Source of the DNA: Prevotella sp.
GTDB lineage: Bacteria; Bacteroidota; Bacteroidia; Bacteroidales; Bacteroidaceae
DNA length: 52,942 bases
Direction: 5' to 3'
Assembly: GCA_024695705.1 (NCBI GenBank)
Contig: JAILHP010000118.1
Coordinates: 1 to 52,942 of the forward strand
The notes under the pieces are model-generated. The model saw nothing but the letters and a program-made list of their open reading frames with translations, did no database searches and was not told the DNA's origin. Positions 1 through 10,588 of this stretch are shown here, piece by piece (the stretch's first letter is position 1; every line of letters begins with the position of its first letter). The position numbers were made by a program, and so were the translations under genes.

Positions 1-189
1 CTTCATCACGTCCTCCACTTCCTTGGAGCTGTTGGCTGTTCCCTTATACACTACCTTAATAGGAATAATACCACTATTATTCAGGCCCTCAACCATTTCC
101 TTTGAGTGACCGTCAACGGCAACCACTGCATCTCCTCCGTACAGGAGCTGTGCACCAGTTACCCACCAAACTTCTAAATTTTCAAACAT
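1..189 (-). CDS. araA: L-arabinose isomerase, 5' part (runs off window)
   Basis: Reverse strand from ATG at 189 reads MFENLEVWWVTGAQLLYGGDAVVAVDGHS..., matching the AraA N-terminal motif (W-x-x-T-G-x-Q-x-L-Y-G). It lies downstream of araD. Confidence 0.88.
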   Translation of the reverse strand, partial: MFENLEVWWVTGAQLLYGGDAVVAVDGHSKEMVEGLNNSGIIPIKVVYKGTANSSKEVEDVMK

Positions 190-203
190 AGTTTTAAAAT
201 TTT

Positions 204-235
204 AATTGATAATTGATAATTGACAATGGATAATT
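204..235. repeat. Heptamer arm (AATTGAT x4 + AATT), left inverted repeat of the four-helix-bundle cassette
   Basis: AATTGAT AATTGAT AATTGAC AATGGAT AATT. Matches the reverse complement of 631-662 at 30/32 positions. Confidence 0.9.
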
Positions 236-268
236 AGCTCCGCTTGACAAATCTCGCATATCGTGTTA

Positions 269-628
269 TTATTGATTATTTGTTTTTGTTGACTTGATAA
301 TTGATACTAATAATTTTGTGATTGTACGACAATCTGAAATGATACTCTCATATTCTTCTTCATTCAAATAGTCTGTGTGATATAGCAATCTGATCCAATA
401 ATCTGATTCATAGCTTTCCTTTAGTGAAATGCTCATTTTAGACAAAAAGTCCATTTGACTTTGTGCTTGCTGTGCTTCACTGATGTTAGCTCCAATACTT
501 GTTCCTGAACGAAGCAGTTGTTTCGACATGACAAACTCTTGCTTGACTGTTGTTAAATACTTATATAGTTTAACAACCCGTACTGCAAAGTCAAAGCTTT
601 TTTCTTCAACAATATTTTTGTCTTTCAT
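269..628 (-). CDS. Four-helix-bundle protein (TIGR02436 / 23S rRNA IVP-like family)
   Basis: Motifs KSFDFAVRVVKLY, SKQLLRSGTSIGANISEA, DFLSKMSISLKE and YWIRLL. Likely start ATG 628, because the ORF-track extension to 646 is just the heptamer arm. Markedly AT-rich relative to neighbours. Confidence 0.9.
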   Translation of the reverse strand: MKDKNIVEEKSFDFAVRVVKLYKYLTTVKQEFVMSKQLLRSGTSIGANISEAQQAQSQMDFLSKMSISLKESYESDYWIRLLYHTDYLNEEEYESIISDCRTITKLLVSIIKSTKTNNQ

Positions 629-630
629 AT

Positions 631-662
631 AATTATCCATTATCAATTATCAATTATCCATT
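631..662. repeat. Heptamer arm, right inverted repeat of the four-helix-bundle cassette
   Basis: AATT ATCCATT ATCAATT ATCAATT ATCCATT, inverted relative to 204-235. Confidence 0.9.
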
Positions 663-706
663 AATGCCTATTATGGTCAGTGTTTTCGCTGACCATAATA
701 GGCATT
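663..706. repeat. Perfect 18-bp inverted repeat spanning the araD stop codon
   Basis: AATGCCTATTATGGTCAG (663-680) / CTGACCATAATAGGCATT (689-706), with an 8-nt loop. Confidence 0.9.
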
Positions 707-1381
707 TGGACCGTGCTTGCGCATGTAGTGCTTCTCGATGAGCAGTGGGTTCATCGTCAGGTTGGGATTGACGCTGAGGGCGACGAACGCCATCTTGGCG
801 CACTGCTCCATCACCTTGGCGTTATACACGGCATTGTCAGGCGAGGTGCCCCACGAGAACGGACCGTGGTTCTTCACCAGCACGGCAGGGGTGTGGTCGG
901 GGTTAATCTTGCGGATGTTCAGAATCTCATCCACGATGACGTTGCCCGTCTCTAGCTCGTACTGTCCCTTGACCTCTCCCTCGTACATGTCGCGCGTGCA
1001 GGGGATATCCTTATAGAAATAGTCGGCGTGAGTGGTGCCGATGTTGGGGATGTCACGTCCTGCCTGGGCGAATGCCGTAGCATAGGTGGAGTGGGTGTGT
1101 ACCACGCCCTGAATGTTGCGGAAAGCCTTGTAGAGCACCAAGTGTGTAGGGGTGTCGCTCGACGGGTTGAGGTCGCCTTCGACGACCTTTCCTGACTCCA
1201 GATCAACCACCACCATGTCAGAGGCTTTCATCTCGTCGTAGCTGACGCCCGAGGGCTTGATGACGACGAGTCCTTTCTCGCGGTCGATGCCCGAGACGTT
1301 ACCCCAAGTGAAGATGACGAGTCCCTGCTTGACCAAATCCAGGTTGGCCTTGAATACTTTCTGTTTGAGTTCTTCTAACAT
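677..1381 (-). CDS. araD: L-ribulose-5-phosphate 4-epimerase
   Basis: [31 protein letters not shown] and C-terminal [10 protein letters not shown]. Start ATG 1381 (MLEELKQKV). Confidence 0.95.
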   Translation of the reverse strand: MLEELKQKVFKANLDLVKQGLVIFTWGNVSGIDREKGLVVIKPSGVSYDEMKASDMVVVDLESGKVVEGDLNPSSDTPTHLVLYKAFRNIQGVVHTHSTYATAFAQAGRDIPNIGTTHADYFYKDIPCTRDMYEGEVKGQYELETGNVIVDEILNIRKINPDHTPAVLVKNHGPFSWGTSPDNAVYNAKVMEQCAKMAFVALSVNPNLTMNPLLIEKHYMRKHGPNAYYGQRKH

Positions 1382-1416
1382 AATTCTCAATTTTCAATTT
1401 TCAATTATCAATTGCT

Positions 1417-2094
1417 TCACAGCTTGAAGTTCCTGTCTTCATTGTAGGTTGCCAAGTTGAACTTGTAGAGGTGTGCACCGCGTTTCGAACTGGTCTTGTC
1501 AATGAGTTCTGTCTTCTCAATGAATTCCATTTCCTTGATACGCTTGCGGAAGTTCCGCTTATCAATCGCCTCGCCGTTCACAGCCTCATAGAGCCGCTGC
1601 AACTGGGTGAGCGTGAAGAGGGAGGGCAACAGACGCAACCCTACGGGATTCGTCTTGATCATCTCCTTCATCATCTTGCGGGCCTTCCTGATCATGTCAC
1701 GGTGGTCGGAGTACATGGGTGGCAGCTGGTTGAAGTTCACCCATTCCACGCCGTGCTGCATGCGCAGCTTCTCGTTATAGTCATTCACGTTAATCAGGGC
1801 ATAGTAGGCAATGGAGATAACCCTTTCGCCCGGGTCACGGTCAATGTTACCGAAGGCGCCCACCTGACTCATATAGAGATTACGAAGTCCTGTCAGCTCG
1901 AATAGCGTACGTGCGGCTGCCTTGTCAACACTCTCCTGGGGTCTGACGAATCCGCCGTAGAGTGACCATTCTCCCCGGCCGGGGTCCATCTGGCGCTTGC
2001 CTATGAGCACGCGCAGATGGCCCTCGTCAAAACCGAAGATGATACAGTCAACCGACACGTAGGCCTTCGAATGTTCACTGTAATAGGTAGTCAT
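1417..2094 (-). CDS. araR: NrtR-family Nudix/wHTH transcriptional regulator (AraR-type)
   Basis: VSVDCIIFGF, WSLYGGF, RDPGERVISIAY, FTLTQLQRLYE and DKRNFRK motifs of NrtR regulators. Located inside the ara operon, as in Bacteroides. Confidence 0.85.
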   Translation of the reverse strand: MTTYYSEHSKAYVSVDCIIFGFDEGHLRVLIGKRQMDPGRGEWSLYGGFVRPQESVDKAAARTLFELTGLRNLYMSQVGAFGNIDRDPGERVISIAYYALINVNDYNEKLRMQHGVEWVNFNQLPPMYSDHRDMIRKARKMMKEMIKTNPVGLRLLPSLFTLTQLQRLYEAVNGEAIDKRNFRKRIKEMEFIEKTELIDKTSSKRGAHLYKFNLATYNEDRNFKL

Positions 2095-2121
2095 GTCTAA
2101 TACAATTAGCCGGTAAACGGA

Positions 2122-3801
2122 TTACCAGAAATAAATGTAGAATGCAACGGTGATAGTGATGATGATGACCGTGTGGATTACATCCCATGTACCCCAGCTG
2201 GCACGTGTGGCAGCACGCTGCTCTGGCGTGGAGGTGCCGAATACCAGACCCTGAATCTTCTTCTCGTCGGGAGCTTCGGTACAAAGTGAAACGATAATCA
2301 CTACCAGACAGCAGAAGATGAGCATAACGCCGCAGAAGTAGAGCCAGTTGAAGTCGTAGAACACGGCCTTGAACCAGTTGTCGCTGGCGTCAACGGCATT
2401 GCTGTAATACACCTTGGCACCCAGACGGGTCAAACCGATGATGATACCTGAGAGCAGACCCCACATACCACCCTTGGCAGAGGCGCGTTTCCAGCAGATA
2501 CCCAGCAGGAAGGCAGCGGCAATACCAGGAGCCAGTACGGACTGTACGTCCTGCAGGTAGTTGTAGAGCACATTACCAACCGAACGCATGATGGGAATCC
2601 ACAGAATACCGAGAACCACGATGACGACGGTGGCAATCTGACCAATGCGTACGAGACTCTTCTCAGAGGTCTGTGGCTTCAGGCGCTTCCAGAAGTCGAT
2701 GGTGAATAGCATGGCTGACGAGTTGAACAGGGATGCCAGTGATGACATCAGGGCAGCGAGGATACCGCAGACTACGAGACCTTTCACACCGGCAGGCAGC
2801 AGTTTAGCTACGAGGGTGGGGAAGGCCGCGTCAGGTGTTGACAGCATGAACACTTCGCCGTTGGGCATGGTAATGCCCTTGGTGCTCAAGGCATAGGCAA
2901 TCATACCAGGAATGAGGAACAGGAACACGGGCAGCAGCTTTAGATAAGCTCCGAAGATGGTACCGCGACGGCTTTCCTTCTCGTTCTTACCAGAGAGAAC
3001 GCGCTGTACGATATACTGGTCAGTACACCAGTACCAGAAACCGATAACGGCAGAACCTACGAGTGCGCCCAGCCAAGGATAGTCCGGGTCGCGCAGGTCG
3101 CGCATCAGGTCGGTCATGTGGTCGCCGTACTCGTTGACGGTCTGAATAGAACAGGTTGCCATCATCTCATCCCATCCGCCCAGGGCCTTCAGTCCGAGTA
3201 CGAGGATGATGAGTGAGCCGAGCAACAGGATAGGAGTCTGCAGCACACTAGTATAGAGCACGGACTTCATACCTCCGAAGATAGTATAGATGGCGGTGAT
3301 AACCACCAGTCCGATGGCTGCAATCCAGAAGAAGTCAATGCCCCATAGCTCTTCGATGCCGAATACCTGCTGGAACACCAGTCCGCCGGCATAAACCGTT
3401 ACGGCCACTTTGGTGAGCACGTAGCTGATGAGTGAGATCACAGAGAGAATGGTACGGCTCTCCTTGTTGAATCGACGCTCCAGGAACTCCGGCATGGTAT
3501 AGACCATGCTTCGTGTATAGAACGGTACGAATACCCAACCGAGAATCAGAATCATCCAGCCTTGGATTTCCCAATGGGCCATAGCCATACCTGACGATGC
3601 ACCGGCACCGGCCAGTCCGATGAGGTGTTCAGAACCGATGTTCGAAGCGAAGATAGAGGCACCGATGGCAATCCATGTTGCGTCCTTACCTCCCAGAAAG
3701 TAGTCTGCCGAGTTGTTGTTCTTCTGGCTTACCACCCATAATACAATGCCAATGAGCGCTATTACGAATACGCCAATGACAATCCAGTCTAATAGTTGCA
3801 T
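2122..3801 (-). CDS. Sodium:solute symporter (SSS family), probable arabinose transporter
   Basis: YFLGG, SIFASNIGSEHLIGLAG, YWCTDQYIVQRVL and LAALMSSLASLFNS SSS motifs. Confidence 0.9.
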   Translation of the reverse strand: MQLLDWIVIGVFVIALIGIVLWVVSQKNNNSADYFLGGKDATWIAIGASIFASNIGSEHLIGLAGAGASSGMAMAHWEIQGWMILILGWVFVPFYTRSMVYTMPEFLERRFNKESRTILSVISLISYVLTKVAVTVYAGGLVFQQVFGIEELWGIDFFWIAAIGLVVITAIYTIFGGMKSVLYTSVLQTPILLLGSLIILVLGLKALGGWDEMMATCSIQTVNEYGDHMTDLMRDLRDPDYPWLGALVGSAVIGFWYWCTDQYIVQRVLSGKNEKESRRGTIFGAYLKLLPVFLFLIPGMIAYALSTKGITMPNGEVFMLSTPDAAFPTLVAKLLPAGVKGLVVCGILAALMSSLASLFNSSAMLFTIDFWKRLKPQTSEKSLVRIGQIATVVIVVLGILWIPIMRSVGNVLYNYLQDVQSVLAPGIAAAFLLGICWKRASAKGGMWGLLSGIIIGLTRLGAKVYYSNAVDASDNWFKAVFYDFNWLYFCGVMLIFCCLVVIIVSLCTEAPDEKKIQGLVFGTSTPEQRAATRASWGTWDVIHTVIIITITVAFYIYFW

Positions 3802-3839
3802 AATATTTATTTTTAATGTTTAATCTTTAATGTTAGATG

Positions 3840-5309
3840 TTATTTTTTCTGTTTCCACAGCTTGGTCATGTCTTCCAGCGTCTTGCCCTTGGTCTCAGGA
3901 ACCATGCGCCATACAAAGAGGGCGGCAATGACACAGATGATGCCGTAGAGTCCGTAGGTGAACCAGTGGCCGAAGTCGTCGCCCTCTGTCAGGTGCATGT
4001 TGAACATGGGCACGAAGGTCGAAGATACGATGAAGTTGAATATCCACTGGAATGCCACGGCGATGGCTACTGCAGCGCCACGGATGGTGTTGGGGAAAAT
4101 CTCGGCAATGAGCACCCAGGTAATGGGACCCCATGAGAACATGAACGAGGCGGAGTAGATGAGCAGCGATGCAGCCGTCAGCATGCCCATACCCTCATGT
4201 CCGAAGGTCACGGCCACGCCGAAGGCACCCAGTGCCATACCCAGCGAACCGGAGATGAGCAGCGGCTTGCGCCCCCACTTCTCAACGGTGAATACGGCAA
4301 CCAGCGTAAACGAGATGTTGATGATACCCATGAAGACAGTCAGCATCATCGGGTCGTCCATACCCATGTCGCCGAAGATACGCGGAGCGTAGTACAGCAC
4401 GGCGTTGATGCCTACTGCCTGCTGGAATACTGACAGCATGATACCCACGAAGATGCAGACGAAGCCGTAGGTCATCAGCTTCTCGGTCTTCACCACCATC
4501 GTGTCCTTGATGTCCTGCAGAATCTGGGCGGCTTTGCTTGAGCCGTTGATCTTCGACAGGATGCCCATTGCTGTCTGGTCCTTGCCAATGCTGACCAGAT
4601 AACGCGGCGTCTCAGGCACGAAGCAGATGAGCAGGGCAAAGAGTCCTGCGGGCACAGCCTCAGAACCGAACATGTAGCGCCAGCCTGTGGTCACCGTCCA
4701 TTGTGCGGCGGGGTTGATGGCGGCAATGCCCTTGCCCATCTCCTCCACGAGTGGCTGGATGTGGTCGCCCAGGATGAAGAAATTGACGAAATAGACTACC
4801 AGCTGACCGAAGATGATGGCAAACTGGTTCCACGATACCAGCATACCGCGGATGTTCGAGGGTGCCACTTCACCGATATACATGGGGCAGATGGCCGATG
4901 CCAGTCCTACGCCAATACCACCGATGACGCGGTAGATGTTAAACATGATGAGCAGTGAGAAAGTGGGCGTGCCGTGCTCGAAGAACAGGAACTCAGGCTC
5001 CATGCTTCCCAGTGCTGAGATGAAAAACAGCAGGCCAGCGATGATCAGTGACTTCTTACGTCCAAGACCTGTGGCCAGCAGTCCGGAGAGTGCCGAGCCG
5101 ATGATACAGCCAATCAAGGCGCTGGCCGACGTGAATCCGTGCCAGGTGTCAGAATAGGCAAAGTCCTTGGCCTCCATGAAGAAAGCCTGCAGGCCCTTCT
5201 CGGCACCCGAGATGACGGCCGTGTCGTAACCGAAGAGCAGTCCGCCCAATACGGCTACCATCACTATGCTGATGAGGTAGCTTTTGCTACCGTTTTCATT
5301 ATTTGTCAT
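3840..5309 (-). CDS. xylE: MFS sugar porter, XylE-like pentose:H+ symporter
   Basis: GGLLFGYDTAVISG, PETPRYL, QQAVGINAVLYYAP, SWGP..WVL..EIFP and PETKGKTLE. Start ATG 5309. Substrate is uncertain. Confidence 0.8.
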   Translation of the reverse strand: MTNNENGSKSYLISIVMVAVLGGLLFGYDTAVISGAEKGLQAFFMEAKDFAYSDTWHGFTSASALIGCIIGSALSGLLATGLGRKKSLIIAGLLFFISALGSMEPEFLFFEHGTPTFSLLIMFNIYRVIGGIGVGLASAICPMYIGEVAPSNIRGMLVSWNQFAIIFGQLVVYFVNFFILGDHIQPLVEEMGKGIAAINPAAQWTVTTGWRYMFGSEAVPAGLFALLICFVPETPRYLVSIGKDQTAMGILSKINGSSKAAQILQDIKDTMVVKTEKLMTYGFVCIFVGIMLSVFQQAVGINAVLYYAPRIFGDMGMDDPMMLTVFMGIINISFTLVAVFTVEKWGRKPLLISGSLGMALGAFGVAVTFGHEGMGMLTAASLLIYSASFMFSWGPITWVLIAEIFPNTIRGAAVAIAVAFQWIFNFIVSSTFVPMFNMHLTEGDDFGHWFTYGLYGIICVIAALFVWRMVPETKGKTLEDMTKLWKQKK

Positions 5310-5339
5310 AATTATCAATTATCCATTATCCATTATCAA

Positions 5340-6533
5340 TTACTTCACAGAGAAACGATACGCCACGTGGCTGTAGTAGTTCTCACCCGGCTTCACGATG
5401 GGGCTGGCCCACTGAGGCTTGTTGGGGCTGTCGGGGAACTTCTGGCTCTCCAGGCAGACGCTGACGTGCTTCGGATACTTCAGGCCACCCTTGCGGATGA
5501 TGTCGGCATCCTTGCCAACGCCCTGGAAGTTACCGCTATACACCTGTACGCCCGGCTCGTTGGTGAACATCTCCAGGAAGATGCCCGTCTCAGGCGAGTA
5601 CAGCGATGCGCAGACGGTCTTGTCGTCGCCCTTGCCGTCCTTGTACGTGTTCAGGCACCAGTTGTGGTCAAAGCCCGTGGCGTTCTTGATCTGGTCAAAG
5701 TCCTGGTTGTTGATGTTCAGACTCAGCGGGGTGGGGGCGCGGAAGTCCATCGGTGTGTCCTCTACGGGCAGCACCTCACCCGTCGTCATGTACGTGGCGT
5801 CGCTGGGCGTGTAGAAGTCGGCATTCACCATCAGCACCATGTTGTCACCCTCGCGCGAGGGGTCGCCGTTCAGGTTGAAATACGAGTGGTTCGTCATGTT
5901 GATCACAGTCTCCTTGTCGGTCGTGGCCTCCATCACGATGTCCAGCGTGTTGTCAGGCAGCACGGTGAACGTAGCCTTGGCCTTCACCTCGCCGGGGAAT
6001 CCGTTGTCGCCGTCGGGGCTTACCAGCGTCAGCACCAGTGTCGTGTCGTTGGGTTGGTCAGCGTCATACACCTTGTTCATCCAACCCGTGTTGCCACCGC
6101 CGTGCAGACAGTGCGCAGCACCGTTGCCCGTGTCGTTCTGGCGCAGCTGGATGGTGTCGCCGTTAATCACAATCTTACCGTCGTTGATGCGGTTGGCATA
6201 GCGACCTACCGTCGAACCATAGTCGCTCGGCGAGTTCAGCGTATCGGCATACTGGCGGATGTTGTCGAATCCCAGCACCACGTCAGTCGGCTTGCCCTCC
6301 TTGTCGGGAACCACCAGTGACACCACGCGTCCGCCATAGTTGGTGATGCACACCTCCATGCCGTTCTGGTTCTTCAGGATGAATAACGCGGTCTTCTTGC
6401 CGTCAATCGTCGAGTCGAAAGCGGCGGGGTTCAGACCTGATACTGTGGTCATCTGCTTATCAGCAGACGAGCAGGCGGTCAGCATTGCTGCGGCAACACC
6501 GACACCCATCAAAATTCCTTTCAGATTTTTCAT
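5340..6533 (-). CDS. galM: Aldose 1-epimerase (mutarotase), lipoprotein
   Basis: GRYANRI, LHGG, NMTNHSYFNL, GFDHNW and CLESQKFPDSPN. Lipobox LTAC. Confidence 0.92.
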   Translation of the reverse strand: MKNLKGILMGVGVAAAMLTACSSADKQMTTVSGLNPAAFDSTIDGKKTALFILKNQNGMEVCITNYGGRVVSLVVPDKEGKPTDVVLGFDNIRQYADTLNSPSDYGSTVGRYANRINDGKIVINGDTIQLRQNDTGNGAAHCLHGGGNTGWMNKVYDADQPNDTTLVLTLVSPDGDNGFPGEVKAKATFTVLPDNTLDIVMEATTDKETVINMTNHSYFNLNGDPSREGDNMVLMVNADFYTPSDATYMTTGEVLPVEDTPMDFRAPTPLSLNINNQDFDQIKNATGFDHNWCLNTYKDGKGDDKTVCASLYSPETGIFLEMFTNEPGVQVYSGNFQGVGKDADIIRKGGLKYPKHVSVCLESQKFPDSPNKPQWASPIVKPGENYYSHVAYRFSVK

Positions 6534-6582
6534 TGAATAGAATGTTTTTAGTTGTTGTATAAGATAGATTCTTGATTTTGGG

Positions 6583-6592
6583 TGTAAATTTA
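6583..6592 (-). promoter_or_regulatory. Putative -7 promoter box of the ara operon (one mismatch)
   Basis: Minus strand TAAATTTACA versus the Bacteroidota consensus TAnnTTTG(CA), about 50 nt upstream of galM. Confidence 0.45.
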
Positions 6593-6642
6593 CAACTTAT
6601 TTTTCATTCCACCATGAAAAACACAAAGAAAAATGGGTGAAT

Positions 6643-6659
6643 AGTGTTTCTTTTACACT
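6643..6659. promoter_or_regulatory. Candidate AraR operator
   Basis: Palindrome AGTGT-N7-ACACT upstream of the ara operon. A related GGTGT..ACAAC overlaps the -7 box. Confidence 0.55.
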
Positions 6660-6713
6660 TTACACCCATAATTTAACTTCCCTTAACACTCAAAGCTCAA
6701 AGCTCAAAGCCTA

Positions 6714-7442
6714 TCACTTATCAAAGTGTTGATAGTCCTTGTACTTCGGCCACGAACCTCCCCAACGAAACCCATGCTTCGTGAACAGCTGATACGCCAG
6801 GTCTTTTTTCGTGATTTTATAGGGGAACGTCGCCAGGCGGTTGCAGTACTTCTTGGCGTTGGCGGGCTGCACAAAGAGCGTGCCATTCGCACGCCGTCTG
6901 ACGTAGGGGTTGTATAGCGTGTTCAGATCCACCGCCATACCCGTCGCATGCTTCGAGAGTGTCTTGCTGCCCGCAATGGTCCGATAGCAGAAACACGACG
7001 AGTTGTTAGCTCTCATCTGGCGCTCGTCGTCGGCGTCATACTCGTCAGGCAGCACCATGCGTTGGATAGGATAACGGGCTTCATATAATTCTTTAAAGAT
7101 TTCTACCAACTCATTAGCAATCTTTTTGTTACAAATCATTTCGCCAATGTGCGGCAACTCGTCGTAGTCCCAATGCAACACCCGGATGTGGCGTAGGTCA
7201 CAGCGCTTGATGTAAGGGTTCTCCGTGTAGGTCTTCCCTTGCATCCTTGCCCATACTCCGTCGGGAATCTCCTCCGCCGCAAAACACCTTTCAGGCCCGT
7301 AGGCGTTCACCGCTTCCAGTGTCACCGTCGTGCCCGCCTTCCACTCCTGGAGCGCCTTTAAAGCCTCCTCTCCAGTCACCTGTGCTGCAGCAGTTATCGC
7401 CACGCACCACAGCATCCAAATGATAATGCTCTTCCGTATCAT
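6714..7442 (-). CDS. M15-family metallopeptidase (D-Ala-D-Ala carboxypeptidase-like), secreted
   Basis: Signal peptide, NSSCFCYR, S-K-H..G.AVD.N and WGGSW...KDYQHF. Confidence 0.85.
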   Translation of the reverse strand: MIRKSIIIWMLWCVAITAAAQVTGEEALKALQEWKAGTTVTLEAVNAYGPERCFAAEEIPDGVWARMQGKTYTENPYIKRCDLRHIRVLHWDYDELPHIGEMICNKKIANELVEIFKELYEARYPIQRMVLPDEYDADDERQMRANNSSCFCYRTIAGSKTLSKHATGMAVDLNTLYNPYVRRRANGTLFVQPANAKKYCNRLATFPYKITKKDLAYQLFTKHGFRWGGSWPKYKDYQHFDK

Positions 7443-7521
7443 GCAAATCTTCCTCCCTTTGGCGCATCAAAAAAGGATAATTCTTTCTCTTCCATTATTG
7501 ATTCGGTATATTTCATGGGTG

Positions 7522-7591
7522 CAAAGATACTAAAAAATTCTTACTCGAGTAACATTTTTAATTGATATAAAGCAAATTTTCCGTATCTTTG
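7522..7591. promoter_or_regulatory. Back-to-back Bacteroidota -7 boxes
   Basis: TATCTTTG on minus (7522-7529) and on plus (7584-7591), between the divergent M15 and GH2 genes. Confidence 0.7.
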
Positions 7592-7831
7592 CAACCAAAT
7601 ATTCAATACAAACGACAGAAGGTGATGAAGAAAAGAGTAACGAAACGACTATATACTGCATGTGTTGCATGCTTTCTGATAACGGGGGGGTGGCCCGTTA
7701 GTACCTCGGCACAACCCCGCGACTGGGAGAACCCGGCTGTGTTGGGCTTCAATAAACTGCCGTATCATGCCACGCTGCAGCTGCCCTCGAAATGGAAGGA
7801 GTGTCAGGAGATTCTCTCTCTTGACGGGTAG

Positions 7832-10567
<2,736 letters not shown>

Positions 10568-10588
10568 TAGGGAATAGGAAGCGGGCTG

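Noticed and set aside
269-628. Diversity-generating retroelement (Avd-like gene)
   Set aside because: No reverse transcriptase and no template/variable repeat pair was seen in the window.
5139-6320. 393-aa plus-strand ORF and similar long shadow ORFs (14965-15804, 16158-17273, 40849-41724, 46309-47316, 48350-49273)
   Set aside because: They are antisense to well-supported genes. This is expected from GC3-rich codon usage, and they have no recognisable motifs.
7829-7831. Genome-wide TAG recoding or pyrrolysine
   Set aside because: TAG terminates radA, nuoK, the lipoprotein and this GH2 at expected positions. No other internal TAG or pyl genes were seen.
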